From Promethearchaeota archaeon (GTDB lineage: Archaea; Asgardarchaeota; Lokiarchaeia; Sigyniarchaeales; SOKP01): a stretch of DNA of 64,000 nt. The stretch is taken from contig JBHLOC010000009.1 of NCBI GenBank assembly GCA_048940925.1, positions 1 to 64,000 on the forward strand, given 5' to 3'. Within the stretch, counting starts at the first letter, position 1; each line of letters starts with the position of its first letter. Positions 60,551 through 64,000 of this stretch are shown here, piece by piece. Made by a program: the position numbers and the translations under genes. The notes beneath the pieces are model-generated. The model saw only the letters and a program-made list of their open reading frames with translations. It was not told where the DNA came from and did no database searches.

Positions 60551-61687
60551 TTGATGAGTAAAGTTGGTATTGCGACACTCCCATTACACAGTTCTAAAGC
60601 CCCCATGTGGTTATTAAAGCGAATGGCACTTCTCGGAAAGCCAATTTTCAAAATCTTATATGACATGGAAGGTTCAGATGGTATATTAAGAAGATTATCT
60701 GACACATATTGGTTTCAAGGTTTGGGATGTATTTTAGGCTTCGATTGGCATTCGTCGGGAGTTACAACAGTCTTAGGTGGTGTTCTAAAACAAATTATCA
60801 ATCCTCGGGATCATGGCTTAATAATCGCTGGCGGAAAAGGTAAAAATTCTACAAAAGTAAAGGAACATCTTCAAGACAATGCAAGGGCTCTAAGTTTTAA
60901 TGATAATGATATTGAAAAATTCTGTGATATTAGTCGATTGGTAGCTAAAATTGATAATGCTGCTGTCCAAGATGGCTTTAATTTATATCATCATTTAATG
61001 ATTGTCTCTGAAAAAAATTGGGGGATAATCCAGCAAGGACTTGATGTAAATATTAGAAAAGCAAGGAGGTACCACTGGTTTTCTGAAAGCTTGACTAATT
61101 TTTTAGAAAATCCTCATAAAGATATTAGTACAGAAGTAGTGAAAGATAAAACCTTAAATATGGTATCGAGTGAAAGTAGAAAGTGTAGGAAAGTATCAAT
61201 TGATTTGATTGAAGAAGGATCGAATCGAATAAAGCAATATCTTAGTAAATTGAAAAATAGAAATCAAACATCTTTAGATGACTTTATTGAAACTGAACAG
61301 AAAATTAAGAAAAGACCGATTTCTCATTTAAATATGCCTATTCCTTTTTCACTTAAATGGGAAAGTATTGATATTGCTAAAGAATTAACCGTGAAAGATT
61401 ATACAGATTTATTGAGAATTCATGGTTTAGGATCTGGGATGATTAGGGCTTTAGCACTTATATCAGAATTTATTTGGGGAGAACCCCCAAGTTGGAGGGA
61501 TCCTGCCAAATACTCTTATGCTGTTGGAGGTAAGGATGGAATTCCATACTCAGTGAACCTTAAAAGGATGGAAAGATGTGCAACGATACTGGAACAAGCA
61601 ATTGATCAAGCCCGTTTAAATAATAAAGAAAAATTGGATGCATTTAAAAGATTATATAAATTTAAGAATATTCAGAAGATTTTTTAA
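60551..61687 (+). CDS. DUF763 family protein
   Basis: A.LPLH..AP.WL, FDWHSSGVTT, K.D.AAVQDG, A.GGKDG.PY. Confidence 0.85.
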   Translation: MMSKVGIATLPLHSSKAPMWLLKRMALLGKPIFKILYDMEGSDGILRRLSDTYWFQGLGCILGFDWHSSGVTTVLGGVLKQIINPRDHGLIIAGGKGKNSTKVKEHLQDNARALSFNDNDIEKFCDISRLVAKIDNAAVQDGFNLYHHLMIVSEKNWGIIQQGLDVNIRKARRYHWFSESLTNFLENPHKDISTEVVKDKTLNMVSSESRKCRKVSIDLIEEGSNRIKQYLSKLKNRNQTSLDDFIETEQKIKKRPISHLNMPIPFSLKWESIDIAKELTVKDYTDLLRIHGLGSGMIRALALISEFIWGEPPSWRDPAKYSYAVGGKDGIPYSVNLKRMERCATILEQAIDQARLNNKEKLDAFKRLYKFKNIQKIF

Positions 61688-61794
61688 ACTTTACTTGTTA
61701 ATTCATCGCTTCCTGTTTATTCAATGAGAACTAATTTTAGTTTTCCTTTTGTTAAAGTTTAAAAGTGCTCAGTTAATTAAGGATTTGTAAGAAT

Positions 61795-62424
61795 ATGATT
61801 AATTCAGATCAGACGATATCAGTGAATTTCATTTGTCCTTATTGCAAAGAAAGTTTTAAAAAGCAAATAGAGTATGAGAAGAAGTCTGGTCTTTTTAATT
61901 TATTAATAAAAAATCATCCTAAAGGAGAAAATTGTCCTCCCTTTATAGCGTTTATAGATAATAATGGAAGACATAGAGGATCTCAAAAGATTGATAATGT
62001 TGAGGTAGATAATTCACAAAATGAACAATTGCTCGAAGATGCTCAAAGTAAAATTGATGAATTAGATAAGACTGTAAGATTTTACCATTTGAAGGTACCG
62101 AGGAGAGGAGGAAGAGGATTTGAACACAAAGTTTCAAACGTGCAGGATAGAGCATTCATGAGTTCAAAATTTTATTCTCAACTTATAGAATTTTTAACTG
62201 AAACTGAGAGTATCAATACTTTTGGAACAATTAACGTTAATACTGATACTTACTTTGAAGATGGTGTATTAATTTATGGAAAGTATCTCGGAATGGCTTA
62301 CACTATCTATTGGAAAGATCAAAAAACGATACAAAGCAAAAATCTTGAAGAACTAAAGGCTCATGCTAATCTAACTGTAGAAAAATTGTTAGATATTTAT
62401 GATTTAATAGATTTCTTTTTTTAA
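61795..62424 (+). CDS. Hypothetical protein with N-terminal zinc-binding domain (related to 27044..27892)
   Basis: CPYC...H...CPPFIAFID..G..RGSQKID. Confidence 0.7.
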   Translation: MINSDQTISVNFICPYCKESFKKQIEYEKKSGLFNLLIKNHPKGENCPPFIAFIDNNGRHRGSQKIDNVEVDNSQNEQLLEDAQSKIDELDKTVRFYHLKVPRRGGRGFEHKVSNVQDRAFMSSKFYSQLIEFLTETESINTFGTINVNTDTYFEDGVLIYGKYLGMAYTIYWKDQKTIQSKNLEELKAHANLTVEKLLDIYDLIDFFF

Positions 62425-62605
62425 GAAATTTTAATAAGCAAATAAATTCCCTTAAAAATCATAAAAAATAGAAAAAAAGAATTAGTCATTTATTTTAAGA
62501 TTTCCCGATGAAATTCCTTAATAAATATTTTAAAAATAAATGGAAGAATAAAGAAGAAATAAAATAATTATTTTAAAATTATAAAAAAAAGAGAATTGAA
62601 ACAAA

Positions 62606-63124
62606 TTATTGACTTTCGACACTAACTTGGTATTCTTGAGTTTTTTTGTGTCCACAATGAATACAATAGGCAACTCCTTTCTCTGATAAGCTTTCAAGCA
62701 TCGAATTAGAAAATTTATTTCCACATTCACTACAATAGCTTACGTCAGGTTGTATAATTTGTACTGTCTTTTGAATGGGAATAATTGGTTCTTCTTCTTT
62801 TTGAACTATTATAACTTGAGGTGGTTCTTGTTGTAGAGCATCTTGATTTTTATTGGGTTTAGGTTTTCCTGAAATAGCATAATATAGTGCTTCAAAAATC
62901 TTATAAAAGAGAAGACCTAATCCTTTTAAAAGATAATAAACACCTTTTAGAACATAATATATTAAGTAAGCGACTCCTTTCAAAACGTAATAGACAATTA
63001 CCACAGCTAACGCTAATAACGCGAAAATACCAATTAATATAAAAATCTGACCGTATACTGGTTGAGCTAAATACCAATCAAGAATTTCTTGCCAAGGGAC
63101 ACCAAACACATACACATTATCCAT
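62606..63124 (-). CDS. Membrane protein with YYxLKG repeats and C-terminal zinc ribbon
   Basis: TM helix, repeats, CSECG...CIHCG; SD GGAGTGA. Confidence 0.75.
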   Translation of the reverse strand: MDNVYVFGVPWQEILDWYLAQPVYGQIFILIGIFALLALAVVIVYYVLKGVAYLIYYVLKGVYYLLKGLGLLFYKIFEALYYAISGKPKPNKNQDALQQEPPQVIIVQKEEEPIIPIQKTVQIIQPDVSYCSECGNKFSNSMLESLSEKGVAYCIHCGHKKTQEYQVSVESQ

Positions 63125-63282
63125 TTGTAATCACTCCAAATTTAATTTTTTTACTTAATTAAAAGGAGATTTTAATAGAATTAAAAAAATTTGGAGTCCA
63201 ATTTTTAAAGTTTAAAGATTAGAGAGTTATATTAAAATCAAAAAAATCAAAGGTGAATAGATCGAAATAATTATAATTTAAT

Positions 63283-64000
63283 TTATAAGGATAAACCATA
63301 TTCATACATAAATTTGAAGGCTTTTATTGCTTGGTTTATGGTAGTCATGATGGGAATAATTAGTTTTGATTCAGATTGTGCGGCTGCTTTACTTATAAAA
63401 TCAAAAACCCATCTTGAACCAAAACAAATAATAATACAAGGTTTATTAAATTTCTCAGCAATTTGTTTTAGTGCAGTAAATTGTTCTTTAATTCCCTCTA
63501 ATGAATATGAAGCCATTCTTTGGAGTGGTACTCTTGGAACCGAAAAGATGTACAATATTCCGTCGGTATTACTATCTTGGAAAATTGCCTTAATAGAGGG
63601 GATAAGTGTCTGAAACATCGAAGGACCTAAATCAATGGTTCCACCAATTGATACCCAGTTTGGGATAACGGATTTTATTTTTTCAATCGTGCTGGTCTCT
63701 AAATCTGCAAGTTGCAAACCATGCTTTTTAATTTCATCGCACGCTAAAGCCCCTAAACTTCCTGAGCCAGTAATAATAGTAATATTTTTTCCTCGTAATA
63801 AAGGTTGTGTAGCAAAAACATGGGCAATATTAAATAATTCATAAAAGTTATCAACTCTAAAGACATAGGGATACTGGTTAAAAAGAGCATCATAAATTCT
63901 ATCATTTCCAGCAATTGAACCGGTATGGCTATTTACTGCTCTTGTTCCGATATCACTTCTCCCGTTCTTAAGTATTAATATCGGTTTGGTCATTTTCCTA
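63283..64000 (-). CDS. ADP-forming acetate/acyl-CoA ligase alpha-like subunit, C-terminal part (starts beyond window)
   Basis: KPILILK.GR, A.SHTGSIAG (phospho-His), IITGSGSLG...D; frame open to window edge. Confidence 0.85.
   Translation of the reverse strand, partial: RKMTKPILILKNGRSDIGTRAVNSHTGSIAGNDRIYDALFNQYPYVFRVDNFYELFNIAHVFATQPLLRGKNITIITGSGSLGALACDEIKKHGLQLADLETSTIEKIKSVIPNWVSIGGTIDLGPSMFQTLIPSIKAIFQDSNTDGILYIFSVPRVPLQRMASYSLEGIKEQFTALKQIAEKFNKPCIIICFGSRWVFDFISKAAAQSESKLIIPIMTTINQAIKAFKFMYEYGLSL

Noticed and set aside
1-64000. Selenoprotein genes / SECIS elements (known in Lokiarchaeia)
   Set aside because: The TGA-terminated ORFs I inspected appear complete, with no TGA at a conserved Cys position; no convincing SECIS seen by eye
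1-64000. CRISPR arrays, IS elements, integrases or prophage (including integration at tRNA-His)
   Set aside because: No regularly spaced repeats, transposase/integrase motifs or duplicated tRNA 3' end noticed

Overview
Very AT-rich, gene-dense archaeal chromosomal segment. It is most likely from an Asgard archaeon of the Lokiarchaeia type; this is inferred from Ftr, F420-linked proteins, an archaeal Hsp20, a BHB-intron tRNA and several eukaryotic-signature small-GTPase/longin genes. The window runs from a partial hisS to a partial ADP-forming acyl-CoA synthetase. It contains a corrinoid / homocysteine methyltransferase / non-pyrrolysine MttB triad, a 2-oxoacid:ferredoxin oxidoreductase operon ending in an FrhB-PyrK fusion, two ABC-2 exporter modules, and many catabolic hydrolases and oxidoreductases. 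A tRNA-His(GUG) missed by the ORF track carries two non-canonical introns (32/33 and 58/59). The most striking locus is 47.4-51.0 kb. There a Rag/Gtr-like GTPase and a longin-Arf-like GTPase converge on a protein whose N-terminal longin/uDENN domain has a folliculin/SMCR8-like 'ARG' arginine-finger motif and is fused to PAS-GAF-PAS sensors with no kinase. This is a candidate sensor-gated GAP plus GTPase signalling module; a second longin protein lacking the finger lies about 2 kb away. At least two genes appear to start at ATT. No CRISPR array, rRNA, transposase or prophage was seen. All functional calls are from motif recognition, not database searches.
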